Shown piece after piece: positions 1-10,729 of a DNA stretch of 64,000 nucleotides. Origin of the DNA: Prasinococcaceae sp. CCMP 1430 (lineage: Eukaryota; Plantae; Prasinodermophyta); assembly GCA_013416795.1 (NCBI GenBank), contig RQSC01001393.1:103515-167514 (forward strand), given 5' to 3'. A program made the translations under genes and the position numbers. The stretch's first letter is position 1. Every line of letters begins with the position of its first letter. The notes under the pieces are model-generated. The model made no database searches and was not told the origin of the DNA. It saw only the letters and a list, made by a program, of their open reading frames with translations.

Positions 1-25
1 GTGCGCCACGCGCGCTACCACGTAC

Positions 26-272
26 CGCGGGCGTCCGGCCGGCGGGCCGTGATGAGGAAGTCCTTGATCTCGTTGATCTGCTTCGGCTGTGGGATGGCGG
101 CGCCGAGGGTAGCACGGCAGCGCGTGGCGACGCGGCGTCAGCACTGGCCCCCTCCTCGCAGCTCACTCGCCNTAATGAGGCGCTCTCCCTGCCTCCCTCC
201 CCTCTCTCCATCGCCCCCCCACACCCCACCAGGCACCCTCGCGCGTGCGCCCGTGTCATCCCCACGCACCAT
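26..272 (-). CDS. RPL38: 60S ribosomal protein L38, 5' part (exon 1 = ATG only at 272-270; exon 2 = 86-26; remainder lies left of the window)
   Basis: Exon 86-26 translates PKQINEIKDFLITARRPDAR, matching the eL38 N-terminus (MPKQI.EIKDFL.TARRKDA). ATG is followed directly by a GTGCGT donor (269), with a GCTGAC branch point, a CAG acceptor (88-87) and a GTACGT donor at 25. Not in the ORF track. Confidence 0.93.
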
Positions 273-425
273 GGCTGCTGGCGTGGGGCGATGCTGCGAG
301 CGCGCAGTATGGCGCACGAGGGAGAGCCACCGCCAGTGCCTGCGGCGTTCGCCAGCCGCCGCCGCTCGCGCACCCGCACCCGCCGATCTGAACCCCCCAT
401 CAAAACGAAAGCGCGCTCGAATTCA

Positions 426-586
426 CGTCAAAAAGCACTCGGCTGCAACGCCGAGGTCAAAAAGCATGCGGCTGCAACGCCGAGGTCAAAAAGCATCCGG
501 CTGCAACGCCGAGGTCAAAGAGCACGCGGCTGCAAAGCCGAGGTCAAAAGGCACGCAGCTGCAACGCCGAGGTCAAAAAGCACGCG
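426..586. repeat. 29-bp tandem minisatellite, about 5.5 copies (AAAGCAYSCGGCTGCAACGCCGAGGTCAA)
   Basis: GGCTGCAACG recurs at 441, 470, 499 and onward (29-nt period); lies in the RPL38/MATE divergent intergenic region. Confidence 0.9.
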
Positions 587-1867
587 CGCGCTCGACTCGC
601 GCGCCGATTGTGCTGTGCTGCCCCCCCAACTTTTTCAACCGGAATTCCCGCATGCATTCGCCGCGATTTAGATATGGATTTTCAACTCGCTCTCAATAAA
701 ACGGAATTATTGTATGAAGTTTCGATGTATTGGTATCAATCGCAACACCAACGCCGCTTCCTTCCTTCCTGACCTCGTTTTTTTTTTTTCGCGCGCCTTT
801 CGACCCGCAATTCCGTGGTTTCGGGCGCTGCAGCTCGCAACAGCGGCCGCCCGCCGCGCGTTCCGGCCGGTCGCGTTTTCGCGCGAGCGATTCCGTCGCG
901 ACTTCGCAGAGGCGATCGCATTTGGGAGCGGGCCTTCCGCGCTTCCGCCCGCGCACCCCCCTTGCCGAATCGACGGAAGGCCGGCCTCGTTCGCGCGCGC
1001 CGGAAGCTTCCGCTTCCGGCCGGCGTCGCGCACTCCGCCTCGCTCCACGAAAGGCGCGGAAGCCAAAGCCGGCGCTTCTGGAACCCCCGCGCGCGAGCGA
1101 GCGCCATCTGTCAGTCAGTCAGGGGTCTTTTCGGGTCTGTCCCTCGGTCAACGCGGCGAGGCTTCCGGCCGCGCCCCGGCGCGCGCGTGGAGGGTTTGGG
1201 CGGGCGTTCGATCCGGGTTTGCGGGGGTCGCCTTCGGAGGTCGCGCGCGCGCGGCTGGGATCGATCTACCGCACGATTCGCGGCGCACGTGCGGGCGAGC
1301 GCCTGCGCACGTGGTGCTGCCGGCTGGGGCGATGATCGGACGTGCGGCTGTTCGGCCCCCGTCGGGTGGGGTTGGGCGGGGCGGGTGCGTTTTGACCTGC
1401 GCGAAAGCGGGGGGAAAAAATCGGGCGGGCGGCCGGTGCGCCACAGCGCGCGCGCGGGGGCGCGCAGCGCAGCCCACCCGCCGGCGCGGTCGGCGCGCGA
1501 CACGAGCTCACCACACCCATTCGTTGGCATTGGCGATCTCACTCGTACAGTACACATTACAAAGCTTTTGAGAATGACGCTGGACTAGTAGTCTCTAAAA
1601 AGTCTTTTAGTACTAGTCTAAGAAGCTTCTTAGTACTACTCTACTTTGCCAATGTAGACTACAGTAGGACAGTACCACGAACAGTACCATTGATTGGGCC
1701 ACACGGCTACTAGTAGAGGCTCCTACCGATCGTTCGGCGACGCATAAAAATGGTCCCAAACTGACGGCAAAGCCAATCGGTGGNAGGCGCCGGCGGCGGC
1801 GGATGCGCCGCCCCTGCACTCGCCGCCGCCGCTGCCGCGCGCGCACCGCGTCGTAGCGACGCTCGAC

Positions 1868-3313
1868 ATGGCGCCGCCCGCGTCGGAAGTGCCTCGCGCG
1901 GAAGGCGCGCTCGTCCGCGTGTCGGGCCCGCTGAAACCGCGAAAACCGGTGACTGTTCGGTCGTGCATCAGGGACATCATGGCGATCTGCCTGCCGGCCA
2001 TGGGCGCCATCCTGGCCGACCCAGTGATGAGCCTCGTGGACACCGCCTGCATCGGCCAGATCTCGAGCGTTCAGCTCGCCGCGCTCGCGCCCAACACGGC
2101 CATCTTCAACTTTGTCTTTGCGGGGCTGTACTTCCTTCAGACGGCCGTCACCGCGCTGTGCGCTCGCGCACTGGGAGTCGGCGACCGGCGGCGAGCGGGC
2201 GAGGCCTTCTGTGTTGGCGCGTTCCTGGCGCTGGCCATCGGCGTCGGCACCTCGGTTGTGCTCGAGGCATTCGCGCCGCAGCTGCTGTCGCTGATGTCGA
2301 CGTCGCCGGAGATGATGGAGCCCGCGATGACGTACCTGCGCATCCGCGCATTGGCAGCGCCCGCGGTGCTCACCTGCATGGTGGTTCAGGGGGCGTGCTA
2401 CGCGCAGGCCAACGCGCGCGTGCCGCTGGTGATCAACCTGACCGCGGGCGTGGTCAACCTCGTTGGCGACGTGGCGCTCGTGTTTGGTCCGCTGAAGATG
2501 GGCATCGCGGGCGCCGCGATCGCGACGGTCGCCGGCCAGTACGTGGCGGCCGCGCTCAGCATCTGGACGGTTGTCTCGGCGCAGCGCAAGGGCACCGGGC
2601 TGCCGCTCATGCGCCGGCTACCGACGCGGGACGAGGTCGTCCCCTTCTTCCGCATCGCGAGCGTGATGCTCACGCGCATGCTTTGTATCATGGCAGTCTA
2701 CACGCTGGCCACCCGCAGCGCGGTGGCGCTCGGCACGCTTCCGGCGGCGGCCTTCCAGGTCGCCCTGGAGCTGACGTGGTTCCTGTCGTTCTTCCCCGAG
2801 CCGGTGTCGATGGCCGCGCAGGCGCTGCTCGCGCGCCTGCCGCCGGGCATCAACTACTCGCGCCAGGTGGGCGTCAAGGCGTGCGCTGTGGTGATCACCG
2901 GCGCAGCGCTCGCGATGTTCCTGGCCGCGGTGGTCACACTGTGCCCCTTGGGCATCTTCACGGGTGACGCGAACGTCGTGGCGGCCGTGGCGACTCTGCG
3001 ATTGCCAATGATGGGCGCCGTCGCGCTGTGCTGCATGGCCATGACACTTGACGGCATTTTCATCGGCCTGGGTACCTTTAGCCATCTGGCGTTCTTCCAG
3101 GCGGCCAACCTCATGCTCATGCTGCCGTACTTCATGACGCAAGCCACCACGCTGAGCGCGACCTTCTGGGGGCTCGCCATATTCTTCGCGCTGCGGTGTG
3201 TGCAGCATGTGGGATTCATGGTGCTGCGACACAACCCGTTGCGCAACCCGCTGAAGAGCACGACTGCGGCCAGCGCGGCGCAGAGCTACGAGATGGCAGG
3301 CGCTGGCATTTAG
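1868..3313 (+). CDS. MATE (DinF/DTX-type) multidrug and toxin efflux transporter
   Basis: 481 aa with about 12 hydrophobic segments; motifs LADPVMSLVDTACIG, YLRIRALAAPA, LKMGIAGAAIATVAGQY, DGIFIGLG. The frame is open upstream to the N at 1784, so a transit peptide may be truncated. Confidence 0.92.
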   Translation: MAPPASEVPRAEGALVRVSGPLKPRKPVTVRSCIRDIMAICLPAMGAILADPVMSLVDTACIGQISSVQLAALAPNTAIFNFVFAGLYFLQTAVTALCARALGVGDRRRAGEAFCVGAFLALAIGVGTSVVLEAFAPQLLSLMSTSPEMMEPAMTYLRIRALAAPAVLTCMVVQGACYAQANARVPLVINLTAGVVNLVGDVALVFGPLKMGIAGAAIATVAGQYVAAALSIWTVVSAQRKGTGLPLMRRLPTRDEVVPFFRIASVMLTRMLCIMAVYTLATRSAVALGTLPAAAFQVALELTWFLSFFPEPVSMAAQALLARLPPGINYSRQVGVKACAVVITGAALAMFLAAVVTLCPLGIFTGDANVVAAVATLRLPMMGAVALCCMAMTLDGIFIGLGTFSHLAFFQAANLMLMLPYFMTQATTLSATFWGLAIFFALRCVQHVGFMVLRHNPLRNPLKSTTAASAAQSYEMAGAGI

Positions 3314-3814
3314 GCGCCGCGACGCAGAGGGTATGCCGGGCCGGCTGCCGCAGCACAATGGACACCAACGACGGCATGGCCAGCGGTGAGGTGGGGGGTG
3401 GGATGGCGTGGGGGTGGGGGGATCACCTCGCAGGAGTGTAGCAACCCCCCCCCCACCCACACACGCCCCGTCACCCCTTCCACATCCACGCGCAAATACA
3501 GACCGAGAGACGCCAGGGCGTGCAGACCGCACACGCGCGCACGACCGAAGGCTGCCGATGCAGACGGCACGCGCCCTGGACAACGACTCTCTTTACCTCT
3601 AGCTAGAGATCTATTTTTGTTCGCCATAGAAGACACACAAACACATGCAGGCCTACGACGGTAAATTGCCGATGAAGTCGCACGTATACCACCGACCAAT
3701 CGCACGCTGCGCGCCGGACCGCTGCTGCGCTGAGGTGGGTCTGCGAGGCATGAGCTCAAGTGCGTATTCTTACGACTGCGACCACGCCGCGGCCGCGCGG
3801 CGAGCAGGCCGCGT

Positions 3815-4358
3815 TCAGCTCTCCTCGTCGAAGGCGAGGTGCTCTGCCTCGAGCGCCCACTGAATGGCGGGCTCGCCGAGCCTCTCGTCTGGCACCAGCG
3901 ACATGGAGCCGTCCTCCGCCACGCTCACCACGAAGATGAGCGCCTCGACGGGCGTAAAGATGGTGTACAGCACGCCGTCTTGCTCGAAACCCAGCAGCTC
4001 CACACCCTCGGCGGCGGTCTCGTCGCCGTCCTCGCCAAGGTCAAGCGACACGATGTCCTCGTCGGAGTAGCGGACCGCGCCGCGCACCGTCAGGCAGTAC
4101 GCGGTGTTCTGCACGTACAGCCGCCGCGCGGCCAGGCGCTCCGAAACGAGGGGCAGGATCGCGTCCAGCTCGCCGTCGTTCAGGTCGGTCATTTCGTCTG
4201 TCACTGGGTCATCCGCCAGCACCTCGATGGGGGTGTCGACGGGAAGCAGAAGCGCGTACGGCAGGCCATCGTCGCCGTCGAAGCGCCTCCTCACCACGCA
4301 CGGCACCTCGCGGCCCGTTGCGGGGTCCTTGAGCGAAACCGTCTCTTCAACCACAGCG
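3815..4358 (-). CDS. DUF3727/DUF1292-type (cyanobacterial/plastid) domain exon; no ATG of its own, apparently spliced to the NOC2 ORF
   Basis: Translation (YALLLPVDTPIEVL, YVQNTAYCLTVRG, YTIFTPVEALIFV) resembles DUF3727 proteins. Preceded by a CGCAG acceptor (4360-4359) and a GCTGAC branch point. Confidence 0.75.
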
Positions 4359-4534
4359 CTGCGTGGACCGCGGAGCGTGCGCGCGCGCGGCTCGCGCGTC
4401 AGCGCGATGCCCTCCGCGCGCGGTGCGGTCGAGCGAGGTGCGTTGCGAGCAGGGCTTTCGCGCCGCCCCCTTCGCGTTGAAGGCCCGGAGGCGCGTGGCG
4501 CGGCGCTTGCACCCGCGCGCCCCGCCTCACGTAC

Positions 4535-7510
4535 CTGCCAGCCTCCTCATCCGTCGCCGGCGGCGCCGCGCCCTCCGCCGCCTCGGCCTCGTCGAACATG
4601 GCGTCGAAGTCCACGTCCTCCAGCACGTCGCCGTCCTCGTCGGCCGCCGCCGCGGCCAACTTCTGCTTGACGTCGACCTTGGGCGCCGCGGGCCTCGCCG
4701 GCTTGGCCGCCCTCCGGCGCGCCTTGCCGCCCCGGCCTTCGTCCTCGCCCTCAGCGTCCTCCTCCGAGGGAGGGCCATCCTCCTCGCCCTCAGAGAGGTC
4801 GTCGCCTTCCATCGCGTCATCGCCGTCGTCAACGTCGTCGTCGTCGTCGACGTCGTCGCCGCCGCCGGCGCCCGCGCGCGCGCCCTGGCTGGAGGGCGCG
4901 CCGCCGCCCACGGTGACCTCGTCCACGCTCCCGGCGGCCTTGCGGGCGGCAGCGGCCGCCTTGAACTGGACGTAGAACGCGTGCACGGCCGTCGCCCCGG
5001 CGCTCGCCGCCCTCTTGCCCTTGCCGCCGCGCGCGGCGGCGCGCTTCCCCTCGGCCTCGAACTCGTCGACGCTGTCGGCGTCCTTGGGGGCGAAGCTCAC
5101 GCCCGCGCGGCGCGCCTTGACCGCCGCAGCGGTCTCGCCCACGGCCCCGAGCAGGTTCTGCGCGTGCTTCCGGAAGCGCTCCACCGGGCAGCTCTTGGCG
5201 AAGCGGCGCAGCTCGAGCATCGGCGCGAGCGTGAGCTCCGGGAAGGCGATGTGGTACGACCAGGCCGCCAGGTGGCGCGACAGCAGCTCGAAGGTGCGCA
5301 GCACGGCCTCCTCCTGATAGGCGCGCGTCTGGGCGAGGCTCTTGGGCGCCAGCAGCTGGCTGTCGAACACGCGCTGCACGCCGGCGCCGCCGCTGCCCGA
5401 TCCGCCCGAGTCGCCGCGCGCGCCGCGCCTCCAGCTGGCGCCCGTGAGCACCTCCACCAGCGGCGCGGCGAGCGGCGCGTAGCACCGCGACGCCTCCGCC
5501 AGGTCGCACAGCGCGCGCACGCAGCGCAGGCGCAGCGGCCAGCGCTGCATGCTCGGCTGCAGGCGCGCGACGCCCGTGAGCAGCTGGCACAACGGGTACG
5601 CGAGCGCGCCGAGCTCCGATTCGTCGGGGTACGCGCACACCGCCGCGGACCACAGCTCGAGCAGCCCGACGTTGCGCCAGCCCTGCGCGAGGCGGGCGTC
5701 CGCCTGCGCGCGCCCCTGCAGCGCCTGGCGCAGCACGTTGGCGCACTCGCGCAGCCCGGCGAACGCCTGCGTGTACGCCGCGTCGAGGTCCTCGCCGCAC
5801 AGCGCCACGACGCACTCGCGCTGGAAGGCAACGCGGGCGACCTCCGACGCCGCCGCAGTGCGCGCGTTGGCTGCGTAGCCGGCGCACATGCCCTTGAGCA
5901 CGCGGGGCAGGAAGCCCTCGGGCATGCACAGCGCCTGGGCGTGCAGCAGCTCCCACGCGCAGTGGCGCGCGTGCACGCCCTCGCCGCGCGACCAGCACGC
6001 GAGCGCTGAGGTCATGGACTTGCGCGCGAGGCGCTCGTGCGCGCGCATGAGGGGCGCCAGCCGTGCGAGCGAGCGGTAGGTGAAGGCCAGCATCGCCTCG
6101 TCGGTCATCTGCTCCAGCGCGTGCACCGCCGACGAGATGAAGCTCTTTGACAGCGGGCCCACCGTCTTCTTCCAGCGCGAGTGCTTCTCGGGCTCCTTCG
6201 GGAGCGCAGGCGCGGCGGAGGGCGCGTCCTTGCCGCCCTTGGCGCCCTTGCCCTGCTGCGCGTGCTTCCCGCCCGTGGCGAACACCATGGCGAAGACCTT
6301 GTGCATGGAGGTCAACGAGCGCGTCATCACGCGCGTGAAGACCGAGCTCGTGGTGATGTCCACCTTGAGCGACTCCTCGCCCCGCCCGTCCATGTCATCG
6401 CCTGATCGCCGTCGTCGTGGCCGCGCGCTTCGTCAGCCGACCGCAATGCGCACGCGCGCGCTGCTAGCTCTGCGAGCGCCCGAGCGCGTGTCAAGTCCAG
6501 CCGTCGCTCCTGCTGCCGCCCCCACCGGCCTCCATCCGCCCGCCGTCTGCGGCGCGCCCGCCGGTTTGCGGGCGCGCGTGGCTCAGAAAGTTTGAGGTAT
6601 ATGGTTATGTCATCGACATTGCTGCAGCACCTGCTGCTGCTCCGTTGGTGATGCATGTAAAGTGGGTCGTCATTGCCACGCAGAAACACCCGGTGGGAGG
6701 GCGCACTGAGGGGCCGGCGGACGGAGGGCCAGGGGCACCGAAGGAGCGCGCAGGCGACGGCGGGTACAAGGCTCGCGCTCGCGCGCACGCACCGTGGTAA
6801 CACGCCGCGCGGAACGCGCGCACGATCGCGCGCGTCGCGTCCACGTCGCCCGAGCGCATCGCGGCGTCGAACCACGCGTCGACCTGAGACACGGTCACGA
6901 CGTTGCGCGGCGCCTTGGGCTGCCGTGGGGGCCGCGACGGGGAGGCGGGTCCGGTGCGAGGGGGCGGACGATGTCAGGCGATCGCCACCTTGACGCGAGG
7001 GGGCGCGCCGCGCAGAGTCGGGCGCAGAAAGCAGACGGCGCGAGCACGCGCACGCACCTCGTCCTCCTCGTCGCCCTCCTCCTCCTCATCCTCGTCCTCC
7101 TCGTCCTCCTCGTCCTCCTCCACGTCCTCATCGCCGGTGCCCTCATATTTGAGAAGGTCGGAGTCGTTCTGCTCAAGAAATTTGTAGAACTCGGGGTCCT
7201 TCTTGGTGAGGGCCTCGAGGTGGCGCACGTGCGCCTCGTCGTCCTCCTCGTCGCTCTCGCTCTCGCTCTCGCTCCCGCTGCTGCTCGCCCCGTCGTCGGA
7301 GGCGTCGGCGTCCGCGTCGAGGAAGTCGCCGTCGAGGAACTCGTCCGCGGACATCGACGCCACGCGCGCCTGCTTCTTCCCGGCTGGCGCGATCCCGCCG
7401 GACCCGTTGGCCGCCACGCCCTTGGCGCCCCTGCCGCCCTTCGCCCCCTTGGTGCCCTTGGCTCCCCTGGCGCCCGCGCGCCACCACCTTTGCGCGTCCA
7501 GCACACCCAA
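4535..7510 (-). CDS. NOC2: Nucleolar complex protein 2 (NOC2/NOC2L), multi-exon; start codon uncertain
   Basis: Exon ending about 7058 has MSADEFLDGDF and LTKKDPEFYKFLEQNDSDLL; exon about 6920-6793 has AIVRAFRAACYHG; the large exon from about 6403 has LAYPLCQ, RWPLRLRCVRAL, WSYHIAFPEL and an acidic C-tail. GT-AG introns at about 7057 and 6792. Confidence 0.92.
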
Positions 7511-7928
7511 CTTTCAATTCCGTCGTTTCGACAACACGACCACGCAGAGCGCACTTTGGGCCAACACCCAATAAAATGTATGCGTTTTGACATTCAAAGT
7601 CTCGGGAGGACGCGTCCTTCACCGTGGAAAACTCGCGTATCGGTAATTTGGGCGGCCGCTGCGCGCGTTCGCGGCGCGCGCCCGCGCGCTCTTTCCCCCC
7701 CTTTCCCGCCAGGCAGAGGGGAAAAGCGACGGGAAATGCTGCAGAGCAATCTTACGGATGAGGTAACTGCGCCTTACCGTAGTTTGTAACGCATTTGTGA
7801 TGTTCCAAATGAATTGTCGGAATAGTGAGCCAAGGTCCAGTCTGGGCATTTTTGGCCCTTTTTTTGCGAGGCGAAGCATAAAAAAAAAAAAACGGGCGGG
7901 CGCGGGTGCGGGCGCGGCGCGGCGTGGC

Positions 7929-8735
7929 ATGGCACCAGCGAGTGATGGCGATGCCGCCTACCTGCAGCTCTTCTACCAGCAGTTCTACTCGCAGCAGCAG
8001 CGGAAGGCCGCACGGCAGGGGCAGCGCGTCGAGGAGCAGCAGCAGCGGCAGCAGCGGCGGCAACAGCTCCTGCAGCAGCAACCGCGCGGGCAGCAGCAGC
8101 AGCGGCAGCAGCAGCCGCCTCGAGCGCCTTGGGGAGACCCCGGCAAGTTCGCGGGGCGCTCGGTGGCGCGCTCGTACCGCGAGCACCGCTTTTCGTTCGA
8201 GGGCGGCGCGAAGAACGCGCGCTTGCGCTCAGCTCGCGATGGCCGCACCCCGCGCGCGCCGCAGCGCTCGCAGTCGGCCTCGCGTGCGGCGCAGGACTCG
8301 CGGGCCCTGGCGGGGAAGCAGCGCAGGCCGCAGACCGTGACGGCAGCGACGACGGCAGCGGAGAGGCTGTCGCTCGCCAAGGCGATCAAGGGCGCTCGGG
8401 GGGGGGCGCCGGGTGGTGGCGCGTCTGCGAGCACCAACGCGCGCACCGGCGCCGCCGATGGCGAGGTGGCGTACGAACATGTCAACGTCGGTGCGCTGGA
8501 TGTGGTGCCTGCTCCCGCGCCTCCGCAAACGCGCCGAAATGGCGAGCGCGCCTTCCTGCGCGCGAGCGTGAGCGTCGCGCCAGCACTCGAGACGCAGGGA
8601 CAGACTGGGGCAATCGGGGCGCGCGCCCCCCTGGCCAGGGGCGACGCAGGAAAGCTCGCGCACGGACCGGCCGACGTAGTGGTCACCCATGCGCCAGGGC
8701 GCCATCTGGAGAGCACGCGACATCACCGCGGGTCC

Positions 8736-8773
<38 letters not shown>

Positions 8774-10397
8774 CGCGCTTGGGCAGCAGCAGCTTCACTA
8801 CCACAAGCAACAGCACCGTCCGCACAGCCAGCACGAACAGGTGTACGGCCACGCCGAGCACGCCGCGCCGTACGACGCTCGCCAGTCGCACGCGCGCGCA
8901 CACCGCGGCCACGCCCACTCCCAGGCCCGCTCGCGTTCGCGCCTGAGCACGTCAGGCGCTGGCATCGCCGACAAGGGTCGCATGGGCGAGCGCGGCGCGC
9001 CAGTGAATGAGCTGAGCGCCCAATTGCCGGGCTACAAGATCGGCATGTCGATCGGCGAGGGCGGGTTCTGCACGGTCCGCGCCGGGGTGCATCGGCTCAC
9101 GGGTGCGGCGGTTGCGGTCAAGGTGTACGACAAGCGCCGACTTGGCGACCCGGCAGACCGCCGTCGTGTGGGCCGCGAGATTCGCGTGCTGAAGCGCCTC
9201 GCGTCGCCGCGCGTCATCCAGTTGCTCGAGGTTGTAGACGCGCCCTCCCGCATGTTCATGGTGATGGAGCGCGCGGCTAATGGCAGCCTGCTAGACTACG
9301 TGCGCTCCCGCAAGCGCCTCGATGAGCCCACGGCGCGCAAGTTCTTTTGCCAGGCGGTCGCAGGCATCGAGTACTGCCACAGGCACCTCGTTGTGCACAG
9401 GGACATCAAGCTTGAAAACCTGCTGCTCGACGAGAACGACAATCTGCGTCTCATTGACTTCGGCCTGGCAGCCATCCTGCCCCCGGGCCCTCCGAAGAAG
9501 CTCAAGGTGCACTGCGGCAGTCCCTCCTACGCCGCGCCCGAGATCGTCGGAAGGACCCTGTACGACGGCCCTCCGGTTGACGTGTGGTCTCTCGGCGTCG
9601 TGACCTTCGCAATGCTCGCTGGGTACTTGCCCTTTCACGCACGCAACAACAAGCAAGAGCTGTGCCAAAAGATCATGCGCGGCGCCTTCACGCTGCCGGA
9701 CTTCATCTCTCGCGACGCAGCGGATTTGCTGAAGCGCATGCTGACCGTTGACCCCAGCCAGCGCATCACCGTCGGTGGGCTGTGGTCGCACCCGTGGGTC
9801 TCGGGGAGGGACGCAGGTGGCCTGAGCGAGGGTGCGGCGGCCTCGTATGGGGGCGACGCGCGTGGCGCGCGGCCCGGGACGGCTACCGCGGTCATGATGC
9901 GAGGCTCTGCGGCCGATGCGCGCGCGCTCGGATACGGCAGCGGGTGGGCTGGCCTGAGCAGCGGGCTCGGGGCCGAGCCTCGCGACTCGGACGGCACACC
10001 ACAGGCCTTGCCAAGCCACGCAGATGCCATTGCAAACGAGGCCCTCGACGAGGACCTCATCCGTGCGCTGGAGGGCTTCGGCTACGAGCGAGGAGCAATC
10101 GTGGGCGCGGTCTCATCGGGCGAGCACAACTACCTCACGGCAAGCTACTGGCTCATGCAGCAGGCGCGCCGGAGGAGCGAAGCGGTCAAGTCGTGGGCGG
10201 CGGACGGGACGCAAGCCCCCTCGGCAGCAATGTCATCTGGCGGTGGCGTCTGTCGCCCAGCGTCGGCGCCCCACGCCGCCGCATCGGCGTCCGCACCGGG
10301 AGCAGTGGCAGAGTCGAGCCGAACGCCTGCATCGGCCGCCGCGGGCCCGCAGTGCGCCGCCGCACACGTGCGCAGCAGGGCCGCGTGGGGCTCGTAG
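7929..10397 (+). CDS. SnRK1/AMPK/MARK-like Ser/Thr kinase with long Gln-rich N-terminus and UBA-like domain
   Basis: IGEGGFCTV, VAVKVYDK, HRDIKLEN, DFG, CGSPSYAAPE, DVWSLGV; post-kinase LDEDLIRALEGFGY..HNYLTASYWLM (UBA-like); polyQ tracts. Confidence 0.92.
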
Positions 10398-10729
10398 CGC
10401 GACGTTCCCCCCCCTAATATCAGTTCGAGTAACACTTGCTTTGCATGGATGCTACGCTGTCCTCGCCAGCGCCGTCGCGTCGCCCCGACGGACAAGGAGT
10501 CCGGTGGCCCTGTTACAAATCCGGTTTCTTATTAACACAGTCACGATTTTTTTCGTGCAGCACCCACCAATCATACACTTGTGCTGCGGGTCAAGGCGAT
10601 GAGTAAATGCGGAGGCCGAGGCTGTGCCGCAGACTGCTATGCGGGTACAGCTTCGGTGCTCGGCCTGCCTCTTTCAACAATCTTCAATCAATCGAACCCG
10701 TTGTGCTCGGGCGACACGCGAGTCGCGCT

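Noticed and set aside
930-1170. Cluster of CTTCCG/CGGAAG words
   Set aside because: Short and GC-rich, not seen clustered in the other promoters; insufficient support.
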